This document shows positions 41,350-53,799 of a stretch of 64,000 nt of DNA, piece by piece. Each line of letters opens with the position of its first letter. The first letter of the stretch is position 1. Origin of the DNA: Octopus vulgaris (Eukaryota); contig OX597836.1 of assembly GCA_951406725.2 (NCBI GenBank), positions 15,376,001 to 15,440,000 of the forward strand. The letters are read 5' to 3'. Position numbers and translations under genes: made by a program. Under the pieces are notes generated by a model. That model did not search any database, was not told where the DNA came from, and saw nothing but the letters and a program-made list of their open reading frames with translations.

Positions 41350-42978
41350 GTAAGTCACTTCTCTATGCATTCTAGCCCAACATTTATTGCTGTGCTTGGA
41401 CACATCTGTTGTTACTGGTGGTAGTGGTGGTGATGGTGAGACGGTGGTGGTAGTAGTGGTGGTGATGGTGATGGTGAGATGGTGGTGGTGATGGTGGTAG
41501 TGGTGATGATGGTGGTGGTGGTGGTGGTGGTAGTGGTGGTGAGACGGTGGTGGTAGTAGTGGTGGTGAGATGGTGGTGGTGGTAGTGGTGGTGGTGATGG
41601 TGGTGATGGTGAGATGGTGGTGGTGATAGTGGTAGTGGTGGTGATGATGGTGGTGGTGGTGGTGGTGGTGATAGTGGTGGTGGTGGTAGTGATGGTGGTA
41701 GTGGTGGTGATGGTGGTAGTGGTGGTGATGATGATGGTGGTGGTAGTTAGTGTGTTGTGGTAGTGATGATAGTTATGTTGGTGGTAGTTAGTGTGTTGTG
41801 GTAGTGATGATAGTTATGTTGGTGGTAGTAATAGTAGTAGTGGTGGTGGTGGTGATAATGGTGGTGAAGGTGGTGGTTGTGGCAGTAATGAAGGTAGTGG
41901 TGGTGGTGATGGTAGTGGTGATAGTGATAAGATAGCAAATGTGATGGTGGTGGTGGTGGTGGTGGTGGTGGTAAAAGTGGTGGTAGTGGTGGTATAGCAG
42001 TGGTGGTGGTAGTGTTTAGTGCCCAAGATAGTTCCCATCAAATAGACTTATGATCAAAGCTATTCCAACCATGACCATCTCAACTATTTGCATATTCAGA
42101 ACTACATTACCCAGTGCGTCCTTCCTTTTCCTCTTTCTTTTCTTTTTTCACTCTAAGACAGCACGGTGTGATATCATGGAGATTTGGTTGTTATTTCTAG
42201 CACTTCTAGAAAACCTGTTTTGTTGTTAGCTCTTCTTCCAAGTGACAGTGGTGGATGGTATCAGTATGTGGAGGTGCATGGCTTAGTGGTTAGGGTGTAG
42301 AACTTATAATAGTAAGATTGTGGTTTCAGTTTCTGGACCAGGCAGCGCATTGTGTTCTTGAGCAAAACACTTCACTTCACTTTGCTCCAGGCCACTCTGC
42401 TAGCAAAAATCATTAATCCAGTGATGGACCGTCGTCCCATCCAGGTAGGGAATTTATACACCATGGAAAAAGGGGGAAACCAACCCTTATGTGTTGGCGG
42501 GACTCAGGAAGGTAGCCTTTACCTTTTTTTTTTTTACGGTATCAAGTTTCAAGCATTTTGATTGGGTTTTGGATAGAAAATTCACAAAAAAGTCACTTCT
42601 ATTGATTTTTTTAATGGCTTTGCGGAGTGACTGGGGAAATGTAAAGATGTGCACGACCACCCTTGGACGGTTTTGAATGACCATAGAAAGTGCGAGCCCT
42701 CTAACTGAAAAATTGTGGATTTGTATAAAGGACACACACGCAGACATTTTGCCATTTATATATATAGAGATTATCACTTAGATGTTAGCTGGACACACAA
42801 GGTTCAAGTCAACTATTTTCTCAAAAGACTTCACAAATGTCTTAACTATTTGGTGACGTAGTGTGTAGTCCACTATTTTTCCGATGTCTTTTACTATTTT
42901 GGTGATGTAGTACGCAATTAGAGTGACTTGTAAACAGACCAAATATGACAAGTTCTTTTTTTTTTCTTTCTTTTGCAG

Positions 42979-43137
42979 GATGCAGAAAATGTATCGGGAT
43001 GCATTTAGCTTCCACCCCAAAACATGGGTGATGCCATCTGAATTCTCTGAACTTTCCCAGAGACCTCGGTGCCATGAGATGAAGCAAGAGACCCAAACTT
43101 ACATTGCCAAACCTTTTAATGGCTCTCAAGGACATGG
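42979..43137 (+). CDS. TTLL7: TTLL7-like exon
   Basis: ttgcag / gttagt; MQKMYRDAFSFHPKTWVMPSEF...TYIAKPFNGSQGHG. Confidence 0.93.
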
Positions 43138-43228
43138 GTTAGTAGGACTATTTTATTTTTTCACTCATTAGGCTGTGGCCATGCTGGGGCTCTGCATTGA
43201 ACAATTTTAGTCAGATGAATCAACCCCA

Positions 43229-43510
43229 GAAATAGCATAAAAACAGAAACAGCACCAAATAAACAGAAATAGCACCAAATAAACAAAAGTAACTTCAAAT
43301 AAATAGAAATAGCATAAAAATATACATAGTATCAAAAAACACAGAAATAATATAAAAACAGAAACAGCACCAAATAAACAGAAATAGCACCAAATAAACA
43401 AAAATAACTTTAGATAAATAGAAATAGCATAAAAATATACATAGTATCAAAAAACACAGAAATAGCATAAAAACAGAAACAGCACCAAATAAACAGAAAA
43501 GACAAAAAAT
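43229..43510. repeat. ~120-bp tandem repeat (about 2.3 units) inserted in a SINE
   Basis: aaatagcataaaaacagaaacagcaccaaataaacag...tatcaaaaaacacag repeated. Confidence 0.85.
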
Positions 43511-45142
43511 GTAGAGATTTTGCCAAACCACTAAGTTACAGAAATATAAATACACCAACACTGGTTGTCAAGCAGCGTTGGGTGGACAAAGACAGACACA
43601 CACATAGATATATATGATGGGCTTCTTTCAGTTTCCCTCTACCGAATCCACTCAAGATCTTGGTGAGCCCAAGGCTAGAGTTGAAGACACTCGCCCAAAG
43701 TGGCACACTGTGGGATTGAACCCGGAACCATATGGTTGGGGAGCCAAGTTCTTTCCACACAGCCATGCCTGCAATATTTCTGCTACTCCCAAGATGGTGA
43801 GCTGGTAGAATCATTAGCACACTGGACAAAATGCTTAGCACCGTTTTGCTCCTCTTTACATTCTGAGTTCAAATTCCACTGAGGCCGCCTTTGCCTTTCA
43901 TCCTTTCAAGGTCGATAAATTAAGTACCAGTTGCATCTTGGGGTCGATCTAATCAACAAAATTTTGGGCCTTGTGCCTAGAGTAGAAAAGAAAAAGAAAA
44001 TAAGTACCAACTAAGTATTGGGGGTCAATATAATTGACTTACTCCCTCCCCCAACATTGCTGGCCTTGTGCTAAAATTTGAAACCAATATTTCTGCTGCT
44101 CTCAGTATTATTTTGTGATTGGAAGTAATCATTCATCACCTCTGATGGTGATGATGATGATGGTGATGGTGGTGATGATGATGATGGTGATGGTGATGGT
44201 GGTGATGATGATGGTGATGATGATGATGGTGATGGTGATGATGATGATGGTGATGATGATGATGATGATGATGATGATGGTGATGATGGTGATGGTGGTG
44301 GTGGTGATGATGATGATGATGGTGATGGCCCATGACTTTAGTAGCAGACACTTGACCAAAATGTCATGCAGTGGGACTGAACCTGGAACCATGTGGTGAG
44401 GAAGTAAGTGCTTCTCACCTCACCACCCATGCCTGCACCTATAATAAAGGAACAGAAACAGTTGTCTTGCCATAAAGGAGATACGTAGCTACCCACCTAC
44501 CCCAGTTGAAAAAAAAGAGAGAAGAGAGGATCAGAGAGAGAGAAGTGAGAGAGGCTGGTAGTGAAGGTGTATCAGGGTGTACCCTGAAGTTATAAGGGGT
44601 TGAATAGAAGTAGATGAGGGGATAAGACAGGGTGAGTGGTGGTGGTGGTGGTGAGGTGGTAGTGGTGGTGATGGTAGTGGTGGTAGTGATGGTGGTGGTG
44701 GTGGTAGTGGTGGTGATGGTAGTGGTGGTAGTGAGGTGGTAGTGGTGGTGGTGGTGAGGTGGTAGTGGTGATGATGGTAGTGGTGGTAGTGATGGTGGTG
44801 GTGGTGGTAGTTGTAATGTGTCATGATAGTGATGATGGTTATGGTGGTGGTGAAGGTGGTGGTATCACAATAATGTTCGTTTCTTTTTTTTTTTTTTTAC
44901 AAAGTTACCTTTGTGACAGGAGAGCAGCGGAGGGATTGAAAAGGGGGATAGAATGGAATGCATTGGGATGGTGATTACAGGTAAAGTGCCGGGGGGAGGG
45001 GAGAATGTTTGGAAGTAGAGTTGAAGGGGGGAGAGATTTGTCGAGGACAGATTGTGTGCAGGGGCATGGACATAAACGACATGCTTTTTTTAAAATGTTT
45101 TCTTTTTTTTTTTCTTCTTCTGACCCTTAATTTCTTTTTCAG

Positions 45143-45359
45143 TATTTATTTATGTAACAGTCTTGAGAAGCTCCACTTTGGGGAGAGTGCCATTATACAG
45201 GAATACGTTCACAAACCACTTCTCATCAACAATGTAAAATTTGACTTGCGTCTGTACGTTTTGATCACGACTTGTGACCCCTTGCGCGTGTTTGTTTACA
45301 AGGAAGGTTTGGTTCGTCTAAGTACTGAGAAATACCTCCCACCAGCAGAAGACAATTTG
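45143..45359 (+). CDS. TTLL7: TTLL7-like exon (ATP-grasp core)
   Basis: tttcag / gtaaga; IIQEYVHKPLLINNVKFDLRLYVLITTCDPLRVFVYKEGLVRLSTEKYLPP. Confidence 0.95.
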
Positions 45360-46706
45360 GTAAGAATGATTCTCTTCTTCAAAGTAGTTTTGTCTTTTAT
45401 GTTTTGTTTGTTTCACTCGCTCGACGGTGGTCGTACCATGGCATCACCTTGAAGGGTTTAGTTGAACAGATCGACCGCTGTACTGTTTTTTGAACCTAGT
45501 ACCATAAATCCTCGAGTATAGTCCGCCCTTGAGTAAGTTAAGTTAAGTTAATTTTTTGGCTCAAAAAGCAAAAAGCAAGGCCATGTAGGGGGACATGGGG
45601 TTATGTACAGGGAGGGTGTTCATGCAAAGAGTTCAAGCCATTTCTGGTCAAGAGAGGCTTTGAACCGAGCGGTCATTGGCATCTTCACTATCTCGTCCGG
45701 CAGCTTATTCCATGGATCCGCAACCTGGACAGAGAAAGCCCCTCTCCTTCGATTGAGATGAAATCGTCACAGATAGAGCTTTTCGGAGTGACCCCGCAAG
45801 GGGATTTTTAGGGGGCTGTACTTCTGAAAAATCTAAATCTTGTGTATAATACTCACCCCTGCTCTAACTTGAGTTGTGTGTAATTAAGCCAGCAGCACCA
45901 AGTCGAACGAACACTTCTGCGCATGCGTAATACAATAATGGTGATGTTCTTAACTGTTATATGGGAATGTAAATATGTTTGCAAATTGTTTTTGTTACAT
46001 GTTATTCTGTGTTCTGAATAATTTTATTTTAATAAATGTTGCTTTTAATAAATGTTGCTTACTGTTTGTGTGTGTGTCTTCTAGGACCTCGGGCATCCTC
46101 CATCCGATTGCACTTAAACAGGTGCATTTTCAAGACTTATACACGCTCCGATACCATCAGTATCTACATATCAAATTTGAGTGCAATCGGATGGAGGATG
46201 CCCAAGATCCTAGAAGACACACAGACAGACAGACAGACAGACAGAACGGATTTTATATAATAGATATATATTACTCTTTTACTTGTTTCAGTCATTTGAC
46301 TGCGGCCATGCTGAAGCACTGCCTTTAGTCGAGCAAATCGACCCCGGGACTTATTCTTTTGTAAGCCCAGTACTTATTCTATCGGTCTCTTTTGCCGAAC
46401 CGCTAAGTGACGGGAACGTAAACACACCAGCATCGGTTGTCAAGCAATGCTAGGGGGACAAACACATACACACACATACATATGTATATATATATATATA
46501 CATATATACGACAGGCTTCTTTCAGTTTCCGTCTACCAAATCCACTCACAAGGCATTGGTCGGCCCGGGGCTATAGCAGAAGACACTTTCCCAAGGTGCC
46601 ACGCAGTGGGACTGAACCCAGAACCATGTGGTTGGTTAGCAAGCTACTTACCACACAGCCACTCCTGTGCCTATATTGTTTTTGGTTTTTTTTTTGTTTC
46701 TTTCAG

Positions 46707-47030
46707 GAGAACTTGTTTATGCACCTAACAAATTACTCGATCAATAAGCGCAATAACTCCTATGAGAAGTCAACATCTCCCAAGGATGGCATCAAACGAT
46801 CTTTCAAGTATCTGAACCAGTACCTCCGCCAGAATGACTACGACGTTACTCAGTTGTGGCAACAAATCTACGACCTAATTGCAAAAACGATGATCATTGC
46901 TGAACCACACCTGTTACATGCGTATCGTAACTGCCGGCCCGGCGCTCAGCCGGGCAGTGCCAGTGTTTGCTTTGAGATACTCGGCTTTGACGTACTTGTT
47001 GACTCGAATCTGAAACCATGGTTACTGGAA
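46707..47030 (+). CDS. TTLL7: TTLL7-like exon (catalytic core)
   Basis: tttcag / gtatgt; MHLTNYSINK...AEPHLLHAYRNCRPGAQPGSASVCFEILGFDVLVDSNLKPWLLE. Confidence 0.96.
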
Positions 47031-47060
47031 GTATGTACTATTTCAACCTCACCATTACTA

Positions 47061-47445
47061 TTATTTCCTCCGCCTTAGCAAAGACGGAGGTATTGTTTTC
47101 AGTCATGTTTATTTGTTTGTTTGTTGGTTTGTCTGTGGACAAGATATCTCAAGAACCGCTGAATGGATTCAGATGAAACTTTCAGGGATGTTTGGCCTCG
47201 TGACTGGCACAAACTGATTAGATTTTGGGATCGATCCAATACTGAACAAGGATTCTGGATTATTTTTCCTGTTTTTTTTCACTTAATTTTTGAGAGCAGT
47301 TGGGTTCATTTTAGTATTCTCATTTGTGAGAGCAGTCAAGTTTATTTCAGATATTCTCATCATTTTAAAAATCATCTCTGGCTAATCATTGAGAGGACAT
47401 TGGTGTTGCCTTGATGGAGGTTTGCACTCTCTGAGTGCTCTTGTT
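47061..47445 (+). mobile_element. Helentron-associated non-autonomous element (HINE/DINE-1-like)
   Basis: subterminal IR cctccgcc..cggagg, (GTTT)n microsatellite, 3' ..tggagg plus stem-loop gcactctctgagtgc. Confidence 0.75.
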
Positions 47446-47469
47446 ATAATTTTTACCATTGTTCAACAT

Positions 47470-47700
47470 TTGGTAGTTTCAGGCAAATTTCTGCTGCATC
47501 ACCTGCTACACATCCATATTGCAGGGGGTGTGTGTGCAAATTCTTCCCTCATGTCAATTCCAATTTCTCCAACATATTCCTCACACTTGGTTGTTAATGC
47601 CTCCGAGTGCCCCTACAACTACTGGGATAACAGTTACTCTCCTCATTGCCAACATTCTCACAATTTCATCTTTTAGCAGTCTGTATTTCTCCTTTTTTTT
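47470..47700 (-). mobile_element. Dong/R4-clade 3' fragment (different subfamily)
   Basis: EKYRLLKDEIVRMLAMRRVTVIPVVVGALG. Confidence 0.75.
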
Positions 47701-47799
47701 ATCATTTCATTATATGTAAGCCCCTACACTTTATTTCTGTTTTTGTATTGTCCCCCATCATCCTTTACCCTGGTGGCAAATAAATCATTATTATTATTA

Positions 47800-49076
47800 T
47801 TTTGCTTGGACTTTTTGTTGCAGTGTTTCTTTCGCTGAAAGCAGTTCTTCTCTTGGTGAAAAATCTATGTTTTCTCTTCATCTTTTTTCCTTTCCTGGAT
47901 ATTACATCGTTTCCACACATTAGTCCTTTCAATATTGATATTTCACCTCTCATTATTTCAATCTCTTTTTCGGTTTTACTTTTCCTGTTTGAAATTCTTC
48001 TCAGGTTTGTATTTCCATTTTTTTCCAGAGGCATACAACTGGTTTCAATTGTCTTAGCTGCATAAATAATTCCATTTAATTCAATGAGACCTGGTTTTAG
48101 TTCTTGTATGATTTCTTTTGTTACATAGTTTCCAATTTTAATCTGTTTTCTATTTTGGATTGTATTTGAAAATTTATGAGGTCATTTTCTATCATGCATA
48201 TTGGTGTGTCTTACAACTGCAAGTTTATTCAAGATTTTCTGCTTCATTTCTATCATAGACTCTGTTCTTCAGTAAATGTGTAGTCTTCAAATATTGTTTC
48301 TTTACCACTTTCCTCACTAGCTTTACCAGGTTCATTACAATTTATTTCTTCAGACGTTTCTGTGTTCTGGTCAGATGACATTCTTTCAATTGAGACTCGT
48401 GGAGAGTTGCTCTCTTCATCTGGTTCTTCATTTCCATTCTGTCTTATATTTAGGTCATTTTCTGCTGCATGCTTGATCACAGTTATTTCACTATCTGTAA
48501 GTCTTTTATTTCTGAAGATATCCCTCCCAACATTTGCTAACTTGTTTTCATCCAAATATAATCTGTTGTCTTGATTTCGTGTTCTCCATATTTGATAAGT
48601 GTGTGTGATGTGTTTCTCTTCAGATGGCCTGCTTAATGCATAGGAATAGGCGTGTATTACTTCTGTATACTCTTCTCAGTACCATTTGATCCTCTTACAT
48701 TTTTCTTTCTGTGGTGGGTGTGGTAGTGGACTTGGAGGGCTCGAGTTGGGGCAGTTCCCATTCAAGTGGCCATCCAGGCTTGCATTCAGAGAAGAGTCTG
48801 TGTCTGTGGATGAATTTTTAACCCCAGGCTGGATCTCTCCTGGGGGATGCACTTCCAGATTAACCAACCATAAGACAAGTGATCTGGTGTACTATTGTTG
48901 TTCTCCTTTTTGTCTTGTAAGACATATTTGTGCCACATTAAAAGGCACTATTGGTGGTTAACTGATGATGAACAATGCTGTAACGGCAAGGTTAAAGTAA
49001 TTGTAACAGAGTTGAGAATAGTAACAGAGACAACAACCGTCTCTACATCTGCCACAGAGGGCTCAATGTTAATAAT
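47800..49076 (-). mobile_element. Dong/R4-clade 5'UTR + N-terminal ORF region
   Basis: KRIKW..EEY.EV..AY...W...DENKLANVGRDIFRNKRLTDSE N-terminal motif; bounded by (TAA)n at both ends. Confidence 0.7.
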
Positions 49077-49092
49077 TTTATTATTATTATTC

Positions 49093-49392
49093 TGTGTTTG
49101 ACTTTTGCTTTATATTTGTACAAGTTGGCTCCAAGTCTCACCCAGAGACCTCAAGAGACAACAGGTTGGAAGTTCATGTTGTTGTTATGCCTAGTGTGCC
49201 ATATATTTGGGGGGGGGGGGGGGGTTGTGTTTTACTAGTGAATGTCCAAAAAGGAAAAAAGAAAAAAAACACGAAAATTATGTTTGTTTTAAACCCTGAG
49301 ATTACATAGAAAGTATTTTGCGTAGGATATGAGCAGTTCCCATGAGCACTATCTTTTGAATTTCTGCCATTTTGGGGTTTCCTGATATCTTA
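49093..49392 (-). mobile_element. Dong/R4-clade 3' end + 3'UTR
   Basis: KISGNPKMAEIQKIVLMGTAHILRKILSM* followed by UTR and (TAA)n. Confidence 0.82.
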
Positions 49393-49854
49393 GTCTAGCA
49401 GAAGGCCTGCCATTTTCCCTTATAAGTTTGTTCCTTTAATTTTTGTCTCCAAAAGTTGTTAATTGTTTATTGTGTTACATGTCCCCTCCATGGAAGGGAC
49501 ATGCTCTGCTTGTCAAATGGTCCATCTGTATCAGCAGCTGCTGAGTGGAGGACTGGGTGTTCCATGGCTAATGATGTGCAGACATGCACTGGGCCTGCAA
49601 CATCTTCAGCATTTCTTTGATATCTTTTATCTTTTATCTTTTATTTTTTTACTTGTTTCAGTCATTAGACTGAGGCCATGCTGGGGTACAGCCTTGAATT
49701 TTTATTTGAATGAATTGAACCCAGTTCTTATTTTTTTAAGCCTGGTACTTATTCTATTGGTCACATTTGCCAAACTGCTAAGTTATGGGGATATAAACAC
49801 ACCAACACCAATTGTTAAGCAGTGATGGGGGGGGGGGGTCAAAGAGACACACAC

Positions 49855-49901
<47 letters not shown>

Positions 49902-50111
49902 TATATAAAGTACCACACAGTAGGATTGAACCCAAACCATGTGGTTGGGAAGCAAGCTTCTTACCACAAAGCTACACCTGCACCTATACATACATACGTA
50001 CATACATACATACATACATACATACATACATGCATGCATACATACATACATACATACATACATAAGAACAAACCAATTCCTAGTTTTGATGAGTGTCTTG
50101 CCATTTTGTAG

Positions 50112-50206
50112 GTGAACAGATCTCCAAGTCTAAACACAGACCAAAACATTGATCTTGATGTGAAGTCAAGACTGTTAGAAGACACAATAACACTTCTACA
50201 TATCAA
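50112..50206 (+). CDS. TTLL7: TTLL7-like exon
   Basis: ttgtag / gtaagt; VNRSPSLNTDQNIDLDVKSRLLEDTITLLHI. Confidence 0.93.
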
Positions 50207-50432
50207 GTAAGTATTTTTTTTTTCACTTGTTTCAGTCATTTGACTGTGGCCATACTGGGGCACTGCCTTGTAGAGCTTTTTTTTTAATTGTGCAGATCGA
50301 CCCCCAGGACTTTTTTTTAAGCCTAGTACTTAGACTACCAGTTCCTTTTACAGGGACATAAACACACCAATACCAGCTGTCAAGCAGTGGTAAGGGGACA
50401 AACACAGGCACAATGACACACACACATATACA

Positions 50433-50468
<36 letters not shown>

Positions 50469-50487
50469 TATACATACATATATATAT

Positions 50488-50530
<43 letters not shown>

Positions 50531-50555
50531 CATATATATATATATATATACATAC

Positions 50556-50588
<33 letters not shown>

Positions 50589-50593
50589 CATAC

Positions 50594-50670
<77 letters not shown>

Positions 50671-50683
50671 CATATATATATAC

Positions 50684-50767
<84 letters not shown>

Positions 50768-50937
50768 CATCATCATCATCATCGTTTAATGTCCGCTTTC
50801 CATGCTAGCATGGGTTGGACGATTTAACTGAGGACTGGCGAACCAGATGGCTGCACCAGGCTCCAATCTTGATCTGGCAGAGTTTCTACAGCTGGATGCC
50901 CTTCATAATACCAACCACTCTGAGAGTGCAGTGGGTG

Positions 50938-50982
<45 letters not shown>

Positions 50983-52187
50983 AACAGAGAGAGAAAAAAA
51001 TGTGCAGAGTTCAACAGTCCATTAAGATTTAGAAAGGAGGCATTAAATGCAGTATCCAAACTTTGTTTCAGGTAAGTCCCAGGTAGTGTGCCTGCAGAGC
51101 ACATTCACCACTTACGGCTACCAGGTGTCATCAATGTTACTGTGCATTCGTCGCTGGATCTACATCTAGAATTCCTAGGTCCAGGTTGGGTATATTTTAA
51201 GTGATTGTTACACAAGATAGAGTGTATCTAGAAGTTTTATTAGCACAACAATCATTTCAGCTTCATTCTGCACTGCTTCTTAGTGGGTGTGGGATGATGT
51301 AATGACATCAGATGCAATGCACAGTGCAAAGAGCTTCATCAGGTGTCGTAACATGCTTCAAAAGTTATAAGATTTGTATCTTGTTTTCACTCCAAGATTA
51401 TATGCTGGTGGTGAGATGCTAGCAGTTCAGACACAAATTTGGTGATGTGAGGAAGATGTGGCTAGGAAGTGGTTGATAAAGAAGTAAGGAAAATAAAAAA
51501 TTTAAAGTAAATGGGGGGTGGGGGTTATAGTTGTGGTCAAGAAGTGTTTGCTAAAAAAATGGTAAAAATACCAAAAAAATGTAATGTAAATGGTGAGGTG
51601 TTTATGACGTTGGATTGAACCCCTATAGCATTTGGAGACTCTTGTTGGCTGGCTGTGGCAGTCAAGTGCAACGGTATGGTAAAGAATCTTGGTGGTGGTG
51701 TGATTCCTGCCTTAAGACTTGGTGGCTGCCTACACCAATACACACACAAACACTCACACACACACATATACATATATATATTCACACACACACACCTGTG
51801 CATATGTTCAAGCATACATACATGCATACATACACTCACACACTTACATGTGCACATATCTATACAAATATGGGCACACGTCCCTCATATTGTCAATTAT
51901 ATATGTGTGTGTGTGTGTGTATGTATATATATATATATATATACCCATAATATATATGTATAATATATATAATGCAATGGGTGCAATGGTTTTATATATA
52001 TAATACACTCACGGAGTGGTTGGCGTTAGGAAGGGCATCCAGCTGTAGAAACACTGCCAGATCAGACTGGGCCTGGTGCAGCCTTCTGGCTTCCCAGACC
52101 CCAGTTGAACCGTCCAACCCATGCCAGCATGGAAAGCGGCCGTTAAATGATGATGATGATGATATATATACCCATTGCACCCTCTGT

Positions 52188-52242
<55 letters not shown>

Positions 52243-52643
52243 CACAACGGGCTTCTTTCTGTCTACCAAATCCACTCACAAGGTTTTGGTTGGCCTGAGG
52301 CTATAGTTGAAGACACTTGCCCAAGGTGCCATGTAATGTGACTGAACCTGGAACCATGTGGTTGTGAAGCAAGCTTCTTACCACACAGCCACGCCTCTGA
52401 TCCAAATAATTAGACAAAAAAAGACTTTAATACTTCCTTAATGATTATTTACAATAGTCTCTGTACCAACTTTGTTTGCAATGCCAGTTTACACAAAGTA
52501 CAAAGTAAAAATTACCCTCTGGATATCCTTGTTGCTTATTTTGATTGTAATCACCCCATTTTGAATTATATGGATACTACCATACCAAATTCTGGTGCCT
52601 TTAACTTAAGTACCATATTCATCTGAATCTAAATTTTACTGAA

Positions 52644-52683
<40 letters not shown>

Positions 52684-52836
52684 AAAACATAAGAAAAAAA
52701 CAAAAGAATAAATGTTTATTTTACATATATACAAAGTACACACACGCATATATATATATATATATATATAAATAGATCATTAGCCACTACACACATTTTT
52801 TCTCTCCTTTTTTTCTCTCCTTGTTTTTTCTGTATC

Positions 52837-53088
52837 CCTTTCTGTAGAAGAGCATAGGCTCGAAACATAAAAGACTTTTTCTGTTCCTGAGCATTATACT
52901 AATACATCTGTTTGTTTTGTACACCACCTGTCTTCGTCTTTTGTTTTTTTCCATAAACTCTCCCTATATATATATTCAAAATGTGACCTCGTGTGTACCG
53001 TTGGCGATTTTTTTTCCTCTGTCTTCCCTTCTCTGGACCTTTCCTTCTCCTATGTTTCCGACGAAGAGCTCCACTCGAAATGTTAAAC
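52837..53088 (+). ncRNA. Two tandem variant minimal hammerhead motifs
   Basis: 52837-52875 cttt-CTGTAGA-A-GAGCatagGCTC-GAAACATA-aaag; 53054-53088 gttt-CCGACGA-A-GAGctccaCTC-GAAATGTT-aaac. Confidence 0.5.
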
Positions 53089-53183
53089 CCTCCTTCTTTC
53101 CTTCTTTCCTGAGCGTCCAATAATACTATATTTGTTCCACGTCCTCGCATTGTTGTGTTTTTTTTGTGCTTTCTTGTTTGGAT

Positions 53184-53224
<41 letters not shown>

Positions 53225-53259
53225 CAGACTTGCTTCTTTGTGATTTGTTGTGTTTGCAG

Positions 53260-53407
53260 GAGCAGTGACAAAACCAGAACCCTTGCCGCCCAGAAAGCAG
53301 AAGCCCAGAAAAGACTGTTTAGTAAAGTTGGAAGGAACCCCAAGTTTGATGTAAATGGAAAAGTTAGTCAGAGTAAACTAGTAGCAACAAAGAGAAAAAT
53401 GGAATTG
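53260..53407 (+). CDS. TTLL7: TTLL7-like exon (cationic microtubule-binding region)
   Basis: ttgcag / gtatgt; SSDKTRTLAAQKAEAQKRLF matches TTLL7 SDKRRNLAKQKAEAQRRLY. Confidence 0.93.
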
Positions 53408-53719
53408 GTATGTATTATGAATATTGGTCTTTTAGCTTCAAAGCAGTACCAGGGACTGTACTAGTGGTATATAGTGTTTCAAATACACAGAGTAAAAGAG
53501 AGTTATGTGTAAATATTATAGTCACGGGCGTCACTGGATATCCTTGTTGCTTATTTTGATATATATATATATATATATATATCTCAAAATAAGCAACAAG
53601 GATATCCAGTGATATTGTTGCTTATTTTGATTTTAATCACCTTACTTTGAAATTGTATGGATAAAACCGTACTAAATTCTGGTGCCTCAAATTAAGTACC
53701 ATATTCATCTGAATCTATG

Positions 53720-53799
<80 letters not shown>

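Noticed and set aside
46437-46706. N-terminal extension of the 213-aa ORF in frame with the TTLL7 exon
   Set aside because: Chance open frame through an antisense SINE; the true acceptor is at 46706.
51018-51077. Strong CAG|GTAAGT donor and a possible 54-nt in-frame TTLL7 cassette
   Set aside because: No pyrimidine tract at the acceptor, and the flanking exons already join collinearly with TTLL7.
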